Assembly: GCA_016186795.1 (NCBI GenBank)
Contig: JACPKY010000002.1
Span: 797,892 to 861,891 of the forward strand
Direction of reading: 5' to 3'
Length of the DNA stretch: 64,000 nt
Origin: Candidatus Gottesmanbacteria bacterium
Lineage (GTDB): Bacteria > Patescibacteriota > Microgenomatia > 2-02-FULL-39-11
Positions within the stretch are counted from its first letter, which is position 1, and every line of letters begins with the position of its first letter. Shown here piece after piece: positions 19,715 through 29,058 of the stretch. The notes under the pieces were generated by a model, which was not told the DNA's origin, did no database searches, and was given only the letters and a program-made list of their open reading frames with translations. The translations under genes were made by a program, and so were the position numbers.

Positions 19715-19876
19715 GAATAAATCTGCCTAAACGAGAAGTCGTCAAAGGGGAAAAGATACGAAGAAATACTATGGGTATCTTTATCTTGCCTTTAGAACCA
19801 AATCCAATTTAAACAGATTTATTGGTTTAAATCTGTTAGTTTAACTAATCATATCAAATTTACCTCAAAAGGTCAA
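19715..19876 (-). promoter_or_regulatory. Promoter (TTGACC-N17-TATGAT on the minus strand) plus a conserved leader with a 5' hairpin AACAGATTTA-N6-TAAATCTGTT. This is copy 1 of a leader shared with the DEAD-box helicase gene.
   Basis: The -35 is at 19871-76 and the -10 at 19848-53 (revcomp). The hairpin is at 19812-19837. Blocks GAATAAATCTGCCTAAA and GGGTATCTTTATCTTG are shared with 40765-40898. Confidence 0.5.
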
Positions 19877-19927
19877 TAAATCATATGAGGCACGATCACG
19901 GTACAACCGCAAAAGTTGCCTTTTTAG

Positions 19928-21490
19928 GTGTATGATAAAAAAATGTCAGATACTCTACTTATGAGAACACTTCTTATCATATCACTTTTGTATTTTGTGT
20001 CTGGTTTGCTACTTCTTCCTTCCTATCAACATCAACTCAATCCGGACACGATCTCTTACATAAATATTGCCCGTAGATATATCGTACTTGATTTTAAAAA
20101 TGCTATTGATCCGTATTGGGGACCATTATTTTCATGGATGTTAATTCCACTCATGGTAGTCCACATTGAGCCAACGATTGCGGTAAAAATTACGCAACTT
20201 CTCATAGGATTTCTTGCCATCGTTGGAGTAAAACTCCTAATAAATCAACTACGTTTTCGGAAACACCTGCAAATATGGTGCCTCCTGACTGTAGCACCGT
20301 TAATACTGTATTTTGCCTATAGTGTAGGAACCCCTGATCTATTAGGGGTTACAATTACCCTATTCTATCTCTCGTTCGTCATTGATAAAAATTTCTTTCT
20401 GGGAAAAAAATCAGGAATATTTCTTGGCATTCTCGGTAGCCTCATGTATTTTTCTAAGAGTTATTTTTTCTTTTTTTTCCTTCTTCATTTTCCTCTTATG
20501 AGCGTTCTCCACCTACATGGAAATAGAGCAAGGAAACTTAAAAAGTCTATTGCTACAACAGTTGTATATGCCTTCATCGCCTTTTCCCTTCTCTCCGGTA
20601 TTTGGATAATTGCGGTAAGTATGAAATTACACACATTTTCAATTGGTACTGCAGGAGAATATAATTATCGTCTGGTAGGACCTCTTTCTCGTGGTCAACC
20701 AATGCACTATCAGGGATTTTTGAGTCCCCCTGCAGGAATTGCCACAAGCGCATGGGACAGTCCGAGTGATCTAATCCTTCCTTCCTGGAATCCATTCGAC
20801 TATCCACTCTACCAAGTATTTCTCCTCCAGAAAAATCTTGGGTTGACCGTTTCGTATTTGCAAACATTTTCTTCTTTTTCTCTTGGGGTACTTCTTCTCT
20901 ACTTCGTACTGATACTTTCAATTTACCGACGGGAACACACCTTTCCCTCGCACCTCTACATTTTTATTACTTTCATGCTCTCGATTCTTAGCTATATAGT
21001 AATTTTCCCGGAAGAACGGTACCTCTGGTTTGCCTTTCTGCTTCTTGTTATTATGGCAGCTCATATCATACAGAGTGCTACCGATCTTCCATTCTTTGCA
21101 TTCTGGCATAACGTGGCACTCCTTGTCTTTCTTGCTATTTCTTTCACTATTATGCCTACACAGCATCTTTTCCAAGGTAGAGATACCGGCAAAGATGTAT
21201 ACGAGCTAAGTCAATTCTTAAGGCAAAAAGACGAAATATCGGGAAATATCGCGTCAAATTCCAACTGGTATACTTCACTATATCTTGCATTCTATTTCGA
21301 TAGTAAATATTACGGGGAAAAAGGTGAAATCCCCCAAGACTCTATCGCTGACGCTTTGAGAGCCAATTCTATTGATTATTACTTCTACTGGTTAAATAGT
21401 GGAGAAAAAACTGACACAACTTTGAATAATTACAGTGATTTATATGTTGAATTACCGTTTCTACGAATTTACAAAGTGTCCAAAGAATAA
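19928..21490 (+). CDS. GT-C-fold membrane glycosyltransferase-like protein (ArnT/PMT-like)
   Basis: 520 aa, multi-TM. NPDTISYINIARRY resembles the DExxY..IAR first-loop motif of GT39/GT83 proteins. Confidence 0.5.
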   Translation: MYDKKMSDTLLMRTLLIISLLYFVSGLLLLPSYQHQLNPDTISYINIARRYIVLDFKNAIDPYWGPLFSWMLIPLMVVHIEPTIAVKITQLLIGFLAIVGVKLLINQLRFRKHLQIWCLLTVAPLILYFAYSVGTPDLLGVTITLFYLSFVIDKNFFLGKKSGIFLGILGSLMYFSKSYFFFFFLLHFPLMSVLHLHGNRARKLKKSIATTVVYAFIAFSLLSGIWIIAVSMKLHTFSIGTAGEYNYRLVGPLSRGQPMHYQGFLSPPAGIATSAWDSPSDLILPSWNPFDYPLYQVFLLQKNLGLTVSYLQTFSSFSLGVLLLYFVLILSIYRREHTFPSHLYIFITFMLSILSYIVIFPEERYLWFAFLLLVIMAAHIIQSATDLPFFAFWHNVALLVFLAISFTIMPTQHLFQGRDTGKDVYELSQFLRQKDEISGNIASNSNWYTSLYLAFYFDSKYYGEKGEIPQDSIADALRANSIDYYFYWLNSGEKTDTTLNNYSDLYVELPFLRIYKVSKE

Positions 21491-21493
21491 AAT

Positions 21494-22084
21494 ATGCCTC
21501 TTGATAATCCAAAAACTTCTCCATTAACCATGCAAGATAGAAGACTAGAAAAGGCAACCCTTGCAGGAGGCTGTTTTTGGTGCATAGAGACAGTGTTTCG
21601 AAGGATACGGGGAGTAGTCTCCGTAGTCTCCGGATACTCAGGAGGATCAATCAAAAATCCAAAAGACAGCGATATCTACAGTGGAAAAACGGGTCATGCA
21701 GAGGCGATACAAATTACATTTGACCCTTCCGTTATTTCGTTTGAGAGACTCCTGTATATCTTTTGGCATATGCATAATCCGACAACACTCAATAAGCAAG
21801 GAGCAGATATCGGAACACAATACCGATCAGTTATTTTTTATCACAGTGATGAGCAGAAAAAAGCTGCATTTGACTCAAAGCGCAAAATAGAAAAAGAAGG
21901 AATATATGAAGATCCAATTGTTACGGAAATTATACCGTTTAAGAATTTCTATCCTGCACCGTCATACCACCAGAACTTCTATGAGAAGAATTCCTACCAA
22001 CCGTACTGTTCAATAGTTATTGATCCGAAAATTCGCCAACTTGTAGAAAAATTTGCGAAAGATATGAAAGACGAATATCGATAA
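21494..22084 (+). CDS. msrA: Peptide methionine-(S)-S-oxide reductase
   Basis: GGCFWCIETVF active-site motif, about 190 aa. Confidence 0.9.
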   Translation: MPLDNPKTSPLTMQDRRLEKATLAGGCFWCIETVFRRIRGVVSVVSGYSGGSIKNPKDSDIYSGKTGHAEAIQITFDPSVISFERLLYIFWHMHNPTTLNKQGADIGTQYRSVIFYHSDEQKKAAFDSKRKIEKEGIYEDPIVTEIIPFKNFYPAPSYHQNFYEKNSYQPYCSIVIDPKIRQLVEKFAKDMKDEYR

Positions 22085-22225
22085 CCATATTGTTCCTCTG
22101 TAAACTATCCCACAAACCAGGCGGTTTCCATCACGAATATCAAAGTTCACTCAACTTGACATGTATATTCTCTCCTGTCACACTGGGTAGTAGATTATTT
22201 TCCTAGTTTAAATTTAAATAAGGAG

Positions 22226-22456
22226 GTGAATATGGGTAAAAAACTCATTGCTGGGTTTTTGGATTTTCTCATCGCTTTTATAGGAATCGGCTGGCTTCTC
22301 ACTCGAATCTCGGGAAGAGAAGGAACGGTCAGTCTCTATGATATTTGGCTTCTTATTTGGGTGGGATCGGTGGTTGCGTATTTCCTCCTAACGAAAAAAT
22401 ATTTAGGCCAGACATTGGGAAGTAAAATCATGGGAATCCCTGTTAAAAAGAAATAG
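22226..22456 (+). CDS. Small membrane protein
   Basis: Strong SD AGGAGG at 22221-22226. The likely ATG start is at 22232 (MGKKLIAGFLDF...), followed by two TM helices. Confidence 0.45.
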   Translation: MNMGKKLIAGFLDFLIAFIGIGWLLTRISGREGTVSLYDIWLLIWVGSVVAYFLLTKKYLGQTLGSKIMGIPVKKK

Positions 22457-22477
22457 GTTAGAACTTTTCTTTATTCA

Positions 22478-23968
22478 ATGAAAACTGTCCTGCGGTTACT
22501 CGCAAGTCTTATCTTTTTCCTCTCATTCTTTTCGTTTCTCCTCTTGACAGCATTTAAGACGAAACTTTTGACTCCAACCTTCTGGAGTGCTCCTTTACAA
22601 AAAGCAGACGTGTATATCTACATTGAGAATCAGATTAAATCACTGCCGTCAAATCAATTAGGATTTACCGTATCTTCAAAAGAATTACAAGATACGATTG
22701 AAACAAATATTGAGAGACTGATTGTGTACTTTTCCAAAGGGGAGAGAAAACTCACTCTCTACATTCCGATACACCAGTGGAGACTCCCGCAACAACTTCT
22801 CACCCAACCTCCCTTTTCGAAACTTACTGAAGAGACAGATTTTGAAACATTCGCAAACCTCATTCTTCCAAAAAATCAGGTGAAAGAGATTCAAACGTAT
22901 CTCAATCTTACGCAACAGATTGTTTTGATTCTTCCGATTATGCAAATTGTCCTCTTGATTGTTGGAGCTATTTCAATTGCTTCAGTGTATGCACTGGGGA
23001 AGGACACAGCAGGAAAAATACGAGGTACATTTGAACTGGTCTTCGTATCGGGACTTTTCACAACGCTGGGAAGTTATGGGGTATTAAAAATACTAGAAAA
23101 GATCATAAATGGTTACCCCGGAATGAATCCATATCTTAAAGAAGTTTTTAGCGATTGGATCAGCGATTTTTTAAGTATCGGTCAACTTGGAGGACTAACT
23201 GCCCTGATTGGAGGACTTCTGGGAATACTTTCTGTTTCATATCTGGTACGCACGGGGCATGTACACGTTGAGAAAGAATCCGAGCCACAGACAAATCAAA
23301 AAGGTGCAAAAAGCAAGAAAAAAATCATCATTGCAATTTTGGTATTTCTACTTCTTGCTTTTGTCATATCAAAAGGCAAATTCACCCTAACCATGACAAG
23401 AACTGGTCAAGATAGCCAAATTGCGCAAGATCAGAATATTAATGAGGAACAGAAAGAGAATAAATCACTCCAGAAAAATCTCATACTTTCAGATGCGCCG
23501 TATGTGAGCCAATTTGGCTGGTCAATGAAATATCCCCAGGGGTGGTCTATAAAAAAACACGATCCCTCTCAAACAGTCCTCATTCACAAAACATCAAACC
23601 AGACTGAAAGAGACTGGGCGTCACTTGCTGTTGAACCGTTCGATCGTGTAACAGGCGTAAAAGACGATGAATTCTTGAAAGTGTTATCAGATGTTATCTC
23701 AACAGGTCGACTTGAACGACATCCCAACTCAAAACTAGTTGGAACACCAATGGAAGATGAATGGAATGGTTTCAAACGGTTTATTGCACAGTTTGATTAT
23801 ACTGATAAGGAGTCTAGTCTTGCCCTTCGCCAACTCAGATGGTATTTACTACCTATCCAAGAAACCCGGCAAGGGTATTTACTCTATAGCACTTCACCGG
23901 TTACGAGATTTGACTCGTATGAAAGCATCTTGAAAAATGCAATGAGTAGCTTCAAAATAGATCAGTAA
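22478..23968 (+). CDS. Membrane protein, hypothetical
   Basis: 496-aa ORF with an N-terminal TM and further TM segments in the middle. Confidence 0.45.
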   Translation: MKTVLRLLASLIFFLSFFSFLLLTAFKTKLLTPTFWSAPLQKADVYIYIENQIKSLPSNQLGFTVSSKELQDTIETNIERLIVYFSKGERKLTLYIPIHQWRLPQQLLTQPPFSKLTEETDFETFANLILPKNQVKEIQTYLNLTQQIVLILPIMQIVLLIVGAISIASVYALGKDTAGKIRGTFELVFVSGLFTTLGSYGVLKILEKIINGYPGMNPYLKEVFSDWISDFLSIGQLGGLTALIGGLLGILSVSYLVRTGHVHVEKESEPQTNQKGAKSKKKIIIAILVFLLLAFVISKGKFTLTMTRTGQDSQIAQDQNINEEQKENKSLQKNLILSDAPYVSQFGWSMKYPQGWSIKKHDPSQTVLIHKTSNQTERDWASLAVEPFDRVTGVKDDEFLKVLSDVISTGRLERHPNSKLVGTPMEDEWNGFKRFIAQFDYTDKESSLALRQLRWYLLPIQETRQGYLLYSTSPVTRFDSYESILKNAMSSFKIDQ

Positions 23969-24011
23969 ACATAGTTGGTAAATCAAAAAGTCTTTATTAC
24001 TACAAAATAAT

Positions 24012-24812
24012 ATGGAGAAAGAGTTTAGTCGTAACAAAGAGAAATTGGAGGCCGCGTACCAACTACTTCTGGAACCTACCACAACATTTGAAAAATTTGA
24101 AAAAATCCGAACCTTACTCAAAGGAATAGACCCAACAATTGATAAAACCCTTACATCGTGCTCAAATGTCATAAAGAAACTCAAAAAGTTACAGAAAGGG
24201 GAAATTATCGAACTGGCTGTCGAGGCACTCCCAGACAACACCGAAAAAGAAAAAAAGAGGAAAAAATATTTACTTCTCTTTCTTTCCACCTGGAAGGACT
24301 TACGTTCCGAAGTGAAACGGGTAAAGGAACTTTCTCAAGAAGGACAAACCGATGGAAAAGCCACCTCCCAAGGACAGGTAATGACGCTTGGGAAAATATT
24401 TGCTCTCGCCAAAGGACCCCTCGGGGTAATTACTATTTCCGCAGTCGCAATTGTTGGAGTAATACAAATTCTTGAATCATCAGCAGTATCAATCATGATT
24501 AAAAATCGGGGATGTACTTCTCTTATGCCTATTTCCGAAATATCTCTCCCGCCAATTCCTGGGATAAAACTACCAAATGAAAGTATCCCTGATGGCGGAG
24601 ATGCAGAAGCAAAAATACCACCTCTTGAGGTTACTATTGATGGGACGAAGAGAGGGTTTGTCAAACTCTCTGCTTTAGGATTAAGTATGGATTATAATCT
24701 TCCTGGAACCAATGTAGATTTTCTTTTTAATAAACAGTCTCTTATAGGGAAACGCACCACCATAAGTTTGTCACAGTCTAAGGAGCATGAACTTGTAGTT
24801 CGATGCTTTTAG
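24012..24812 (+). CDS. Hypothetical protein
   Basis: 266-aa ORF; no recognised motif. Confidence 0.35.
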   Translation: MEKEFSRNKEKLEAAYQLLLEPTTTFEKFEKIRTLLKGIDPTIDKTLTSCSNVIKKLKKLQKGEIIELAVEALPDNTEKEKKRKKYLLLFLSTWKDLRSEVKRVKELSQEGQTDGKATSQGQVMTLGKIFALAKGPLGVITISAVAIVGVIQILESSAVSIMIKNRGCTSLMPISEISLPPIPGIKLPNESIPDGGDAEAKIPPLEVTIDGTKRGFVKLSALGLSMDYNLPGTNVDFLFNKQSLIGKRTTISLSQSKEHELVVRCF

Positions 24813-25645
24813 GAGAATCTCTTCGTTTTCCGGGCAATAACAAGATCCTGTTCGTGAACTGTCTCTTCCGTTTTCTCCCTCCCGCACCAGTAACCCCAGA
24901 CGATTTTTTCGATTGTTAATCCTGATTTCTTATATACGTTCTTCAACCAGCTTTCTTTCACCGCAATAATTCTCTCTTTTATAATTTTGTCACGAGACCA
25001 ATAATTTCTATACTCATAATTCAATAAATATTTTTTGCCCATACGTAACTCTTTTGAGGATAAACCTTGTCTATCAAGCTTGAGCGATTGATTATTGGCA
25101 ATGAAATAGGTCGAGAGGACTAATGCTTCGTCTTTTAATACTCTATGAATTTCTAGTAAGTAGTTTTCTATCTCTTTTGGCCGAAAATGTGTAAAGATTG
25201 AATTGAGAAATACTATATCAAATGACTCATTTTGAAAAGGGAAGACAAAATTTTCTGCTTTTATTTGCCCTTTCGGGTTGTAGTAAGCATGGTAAATATC
25301 ACGATGAAGGAATTGAAAATTCTTTTTCTTTACGTGACTTTTTAGATAATCAACAAACGATTTATTCACCTCAAATGTTGTGTACGACCCCTTTTTTAGG
25401 AAACTCGCAAGAGCTGAAGCAAAACGTCCATCACCGCATCCAATATCGAGAATGTGACTTCCTGGATTTGCCGACCCATATTTTCGAACTATATTAGCCT
25501 GCAGATTACCTGTTTCGATGTATGTTTCTATATCTTTCCCTGATCGCCGTAATTCAAACGGAGGAATAATTCGTGGAAAATATCTTAGTCTCTTAAGATA
25601 GTCACGAAAAGCTGAGTGGCTCTTACTCATAAAGCGAATAATCAA
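24809..25645 (-). CDS. Class I SAM-dependent methyltransferase
   Basis: ILDIGCGDGRFA (motif I). Confidence 0.7.
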   Translation of the reverse strand: MIIRFMSKSHSAFRDYLKRLRYFPRIIPPFELRRSGKDIETYIETGNLQANIVRKYGSANPGSHILDIGCGDGRFASALASFLKKGSYTTFEVNKSFVDYLKSHVKKKNFQFLHRDIYHAYYNPKGQIKAENFVFPFQNESFDIVFLNSIFTHFRPKEIENYLLEIHRVLKDEALVLSTYFIANNQSLKLDRQGLSSKELRMGKKYLLNYEYRNYWSRDKIIKERIIAVKESWLKNVYKKSGLTIEKIVWGYWCGREKTEETVHEQDLVIARKTKRFS

Positions 25646-25748
25646 CGGGATCGGAAAGGATAAATATTCTCACAATCGTATCAGCAAAAATACAACCGTT
25701 CAAACATACCAAGAAGAATGGAGATAAGTGATTAAATCTTGAATCTAA

Positions 25749-26204
25749 CTATTTATAATATGATCGGATTTGGAAAAGAATGTACAGAGGAAGTAGCGCT
25801 CCAAGCAACAGATTGCCGAGATTGTACGACAGAAGGTGCGAAACGATTCCAAGAAGGGTAGCGTAAAATACCAAGTTCCATGCTGATTTTTTCCGCTTCA
25901 TAAGTCCTGGAATAGCAAGTCCCTCAAGAATAAGAGTACCAGCCAAAATGACCAACGAGATCGTATACGTCGTACCGTATTGAACTCCGCCCATGTAACT
26001 AAATGGCATAGCCAGTGCTCCAACTCCGAAAAGAACAAGAACTGCAGGAAGACTCAAAAGAAGAAGAACAAGTGTAATCCACGGAGCATATGTAACTAAG
26101 GCCTCTTTTACATTTCCGGGAAGCTGAGGGGCTTTCTTCCCCAAGTATTCATTCAAGACATCCTCAAGGGAGGAAAGGTTCAATTGTGGGGATTTATTTG
26201 CCAT
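25749..26204 (-). CDS. Membrane protein, hypothetical
   Basis: 151 aa with about 4 TM helices. Confidence 0.4.
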   Translation of the reverse strand: MANKSPQLNLSSLEDVLNEYLGKKAPQLPGNVKEALVTYAPWITLVLLLLSLPAVLVLFGVGALAMPFSYMGGVQYGTTYTISLVILAGTLILEGLAIPGLMKRKKSAWNLVFYATLLGIVSHLLSYNLGNLLLGALLPLYILFQIRSYYK

Positions 26205-26302
26205 ATTTTTATGCTATGGTATGTTGTTCCCCCTTGTCAAGAACTTCTTTCGTAGAAAAAGAATGGACACGTGAGGATTCTACCTTTCGTCAATCACAAA
26301 AA

Positions 26303-26617
26303 CTATGATCGTAACTCCTGCTTTATCCAATTTTCTACTTCCACCGTTGTTTGAATGACTGGGGAGGAGAGTAAAACAAACGTTTTGTAACTGTGAATTT
26401 TGGCTACCTCTTTTCTGACTTTTTCAAAGTTATCACGTAGTGAATCCATGATAAGTAAGACTTCCTTTGAGGAATTCCGTTTCCCTTTCCAAAAGTATGA
26501 AGATGAAACAGGAAATCTCTTGGCACAGAAAATGAGTCTCTTTTCCAACAGAGTTCGTGTTATTTTATCTGCCTCCTTCATATTGGTACAGGTTAAAAAA
26601 AGAATACAAATTTCCAT
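26303..26617 (-). CDS. CutA-family (divalent cation tolerance) protein
   Basis: A CutA1-like pattern, FCAKRFPVSSSYFWKGK...IHSYKTFVLLSSPV. Confidence 0.6.
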   Translation of the reverse strand: MEICILFLTCTNMKEADKITRTLLEKRLIFCAKRFPVSSSYFWKGKRNSSKEVLLIMDSLRDNFEKVRKEVAKIHSYKTFVLLSSPVIQTTVEVENWIKQELRS

Positions 26618-26646
26618 TGCTAGATTATATCAGAGGGACGTTTGAG

Positions 26647-26907
26647 ATGGTAAAATGGATTGATGATACCAAAGAACAAATACTGGTCAGGAAAAGTCAC
26701 TCGGACAAGTTTCGCTCCCAGAGAAAATTGCATCAAGTCTCAAGCGCTCAGCGGAAAATAGTATGAGAAGAAAAGCACCCCCATTTCAATCCGCGATGAG
26801 TATGCTCAATTTCTACATTAATCGTGCAGGGAAAAATTTAAATCCAGAAAGGAAAAAAATACTCCAGAAGGCAAAAGATGAACTGAGAAAAATGTTTCAC
26901 AAATGAT
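26647..26907 (+). pseudogene. DUF3175-like small protein apparently split by a frameshift
   Basis: Frame A (26647-26766) gives MVKWIDDTKEQ.... The frame running 26667-26907 gives ...EKIASSLKRSAENSMRRKAPPFQSAMSMLNFYINRAGKNL..., whose only ATG is at 26763. Confidence 0.3.
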
Positions 26908-27010
26908 CAACTCCGATCGTAAGTAAAAAAAACCAATCGGAATTTGACCCTATTGACAAAGAAAAAACCTATCGCTATGCTGATTCAAAACGAAAGGAGG
27001 TGAAGAAAGG

Positions 27011-27313
27011 ATGATTAAAAAATTTCTCGTTGGAATATCTGCAAGTGCAGTGATACTTGGTTCGATGGCAATTCCAGCTTTTGCGGGAAACTCCGGTGAT
27101 GGTTCTGGATATGGAACTCAGCCTGGATATGATGTATCTGCAAGTCATACTGAATGTCAAGGTCATGGATCATTTGGCTATTTTGGTAAGAACTGGAATC
27201 TTGGAAATGAACAATCAGGACACTACCCAGGAGTATCTTATCCTGGACCAGGAGCAGATGGTCAAGCAACCGGGTACAATAACAGCCACCTTTGTGGCAA
27301 CCCACAAAATTAA
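27011..27313 (+). CDS. Small secreted Gly-rich protein
   Basis: Signal peptide MIKKFLVGISASAVILGSMAIPAFA. SD AAGGAGG, and a TTGACA-N17-TATGCT promoter upstream. Confidence 0.55.
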   Translation: MIKKFLVGISASAVILGSMAIPAFAGNSGDGSGYGTQPGYDVSASHTECQGHGSFGYFGKNWNLGNEQSGHYPGVSYPGPGADGQATGYNNSHLCGNPQN

Positions 27314-27322
27314 GTTTATTTT

Positions 27323-27362
27323 AAAAACAACCCATCAAGAAAAAGCGTGATGGGTTGTTTTT
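27323..27362. terminator. Bidirectional rho-independent terminator between convergent genes
   Basis: Stem ACAACCCATCA / TGATGGGTTGT followed by a T run. Confidence 0.55.
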
Positions 27363-27937
27363 ATATTGTGTATTACATTCTGAGAAATTTCAGTAAGCGT
27401 CCGTTTAGTTTTAGCTGAAAAATCATAATCATTTGCATTGTAGTCTTTTTGGACGTACTCATCTTTGTGCTTGATAAGAAGCCAGGAGTTTTTGGGGCCA
27501 AAACCCCGAGTTTTGATGAGTGCAAAAGAGCCTTTGAGTTTGCTACCAAAGAGTTGAAATTTTAGTTCTCCTTTTTTCATTCCCTCCTTCATCACTTTTT
27601 GCGCTACCTCCCTATCTTTCACAAGTTCCCGTCTCCCCTTTTCCAATTCAATTTCCGGAATATACGCACCTGTATCCCAAATCATCACAGTACCAGCACC
27701 ATAGTTGTCCGGAGGGATTATACCTTCAAAATGTCGATATGTAAGATCATGATCCGGTGTTTGCATCGCCAGGCGTTTAACTGTTGGATCCAATGACGGA
27801 CCTTTGGGAATAGCCCATGATGGCATAACGTTCCCTATCTGCAAACGGAAATCATAATGCAGGCGTGTTGCTGCATGCTTATGTATGACAAACACAAGCG
27901 AATCAGATTTTTTCCCGATGATAGCAAGTTGTTTCAT
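27335..27937 (-). CDS. Stand-alone DNA ligase D 3'-phosphoesterase (LigD PE) domain protein
   Basis: HYDFRLQ...SWAIPKGPS...GAGTVMIWDTG pattern of LigD_N/PE. Confidence 0.75.
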   Translation of the reverse strand: MKQLAIIGKKSDSLVFVIHKHAATRLHYDFRLQIGNVMPSWAIPKGPSLDPTVKRLAMQTPDHDLTYRHFEGIIPPDNYGAGTVMIWDTGAYIPEIELEKGRRELVKDREVAQKVMKEGMKKGELKFQLFGSKLKGSFALIKTRGFGPKNSWLLIKHKDEYVQKDYNANDYDFSAKTKRTLTEISQNVIHNIKTTHHAFS

Positions 27938-27957
27938 GAGGCTTAGGACTTTGTGTC

Positions 27958-28350
27958 TTAACTAGTTGGTTGGAGCATACTTATTAGATTACCCTCAGTA
28001 TCATGAAATGAAACATACCATCCAACGCCTGGAATTTCCATAGGTTTTCCAAGAATATGTCCACCAGCACTCTTTACTTTTTCAATATGTGCGTTGATAT
28101 CATCAACTTGAATGACAACAGATGGATATTTACTTGGATTGTCAACTGACTTTGGGAAAAATCCTCCGTTAATCGCTCCTGGTTTTAATGGGCCTTTTTT
28201 ATCTGATTCAGTTGTCATCACAACGACATAATTTCCCATTTCCGGACCCATCTTGTTGCATTCCCATCCAAAGACATTGGAGTAAAAATTCACCATGCGG
28301 TCTCTATCCTCAACAGGCATCTCAAAGTGGACAACAGGATTCATTTTCAT
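27958..28350 (-). CDS. VOC (glyoxalase) family protein
   Basis: 130 aa, VHFEMPV...GWYVSFHDTEGN. Confidence 0.65.
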   Translation of the reverse strand: MKMNPVVHFEMPVEDRDRMVNFYSNVFGWECNKMGPEMGNYVVVMTTESDKKGPLKPGAINGGFFPKSVDNPSKYPSVVIQVDDINAHIEKVKSAGGHILGKPMEIPGVGWYVSFHDTEGNLISMLQPTS

Positions 28351-28501
28351 AATTCCTCCATTTTTTTTCTTTAAATATTAATAATTACTTATGAGAATAT
28401 TTTATCATATTGTGTGATATGCATCACAGGTTAAGTGATTCTCGTGCCATGCAAAATCCCTCAAATTTTGATGTTGAGGAATTTTGCGAGTTTTTTCACT
28501 C

Positions 28502-29056
28502 TTATTGGATTACTAGTTTCGAAGAGTAATCAACTGCCCGTAAAGAATCTCTGGTGGGTGAAAGATCCTCAGCCATTTTTTTGACCTGTTCCAATTTCTC
28601 TTTGGGGGCTGCGCTTTTTACATAATGAGTCACTCGGATATTTTGGAATCCAGGGCGAATCTTCCCAGGTTCTGGTAATGCCAGCATTCCCTGAAGATCG
28701 ACATTGCCGGTAACCACAACTTTCAGACTATCGATGGGAACACCGAGACTGGCACCGTATGTAGCCCAACCTGAAGCGATGCAGTGGCCTAAACTTGCTA
28801 AAAGTAATTCAACAGACGTTGGCCCATACCCACTACCTAAAAGCTCTTTCGGATGATCCCCTTCGACTTTAAAGGTTTTGCTGTGTGCAAGTTTTGCTCC
28901 ACCAACAGAGAAGTTATTTATTTCCGCAACATTTCGGAAACCACTCTGCCAGTCGGTAGAAGCTGCAAAAGTTGCATATGCCGAAGCTGGATTTGCCTTC
29001 ACACCCTCAACCATAGCAGTTATGTTTTTAACTTCTAGTCCATTCACTTTTGCCAT
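28502..29056 (-). CDS. OsmC/Ohr-like family protein
   Basis: LLLASLGHCIASG resembles the OsmC Cys region; 184 aa. Confidence 0.5.
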   Translation of the reverse strand: MAKVNGLEVKNITAMVEGVKANPASAYATFAASTDWQSGFRNVAEINNFSVGGAKLAHSKTFKVEGDHPKELLGSGYGPTSVELLLASLGHCIASGWATYGASLGVPIDSLKVVVTGNVDLQGMLALPEPGKIRPGFQNIRVTHYVKSAAPKEKLEQVKKMAEDLSPTRDSLRAVDYSSKLVIQ

Positions 29057-29058
29057 AA

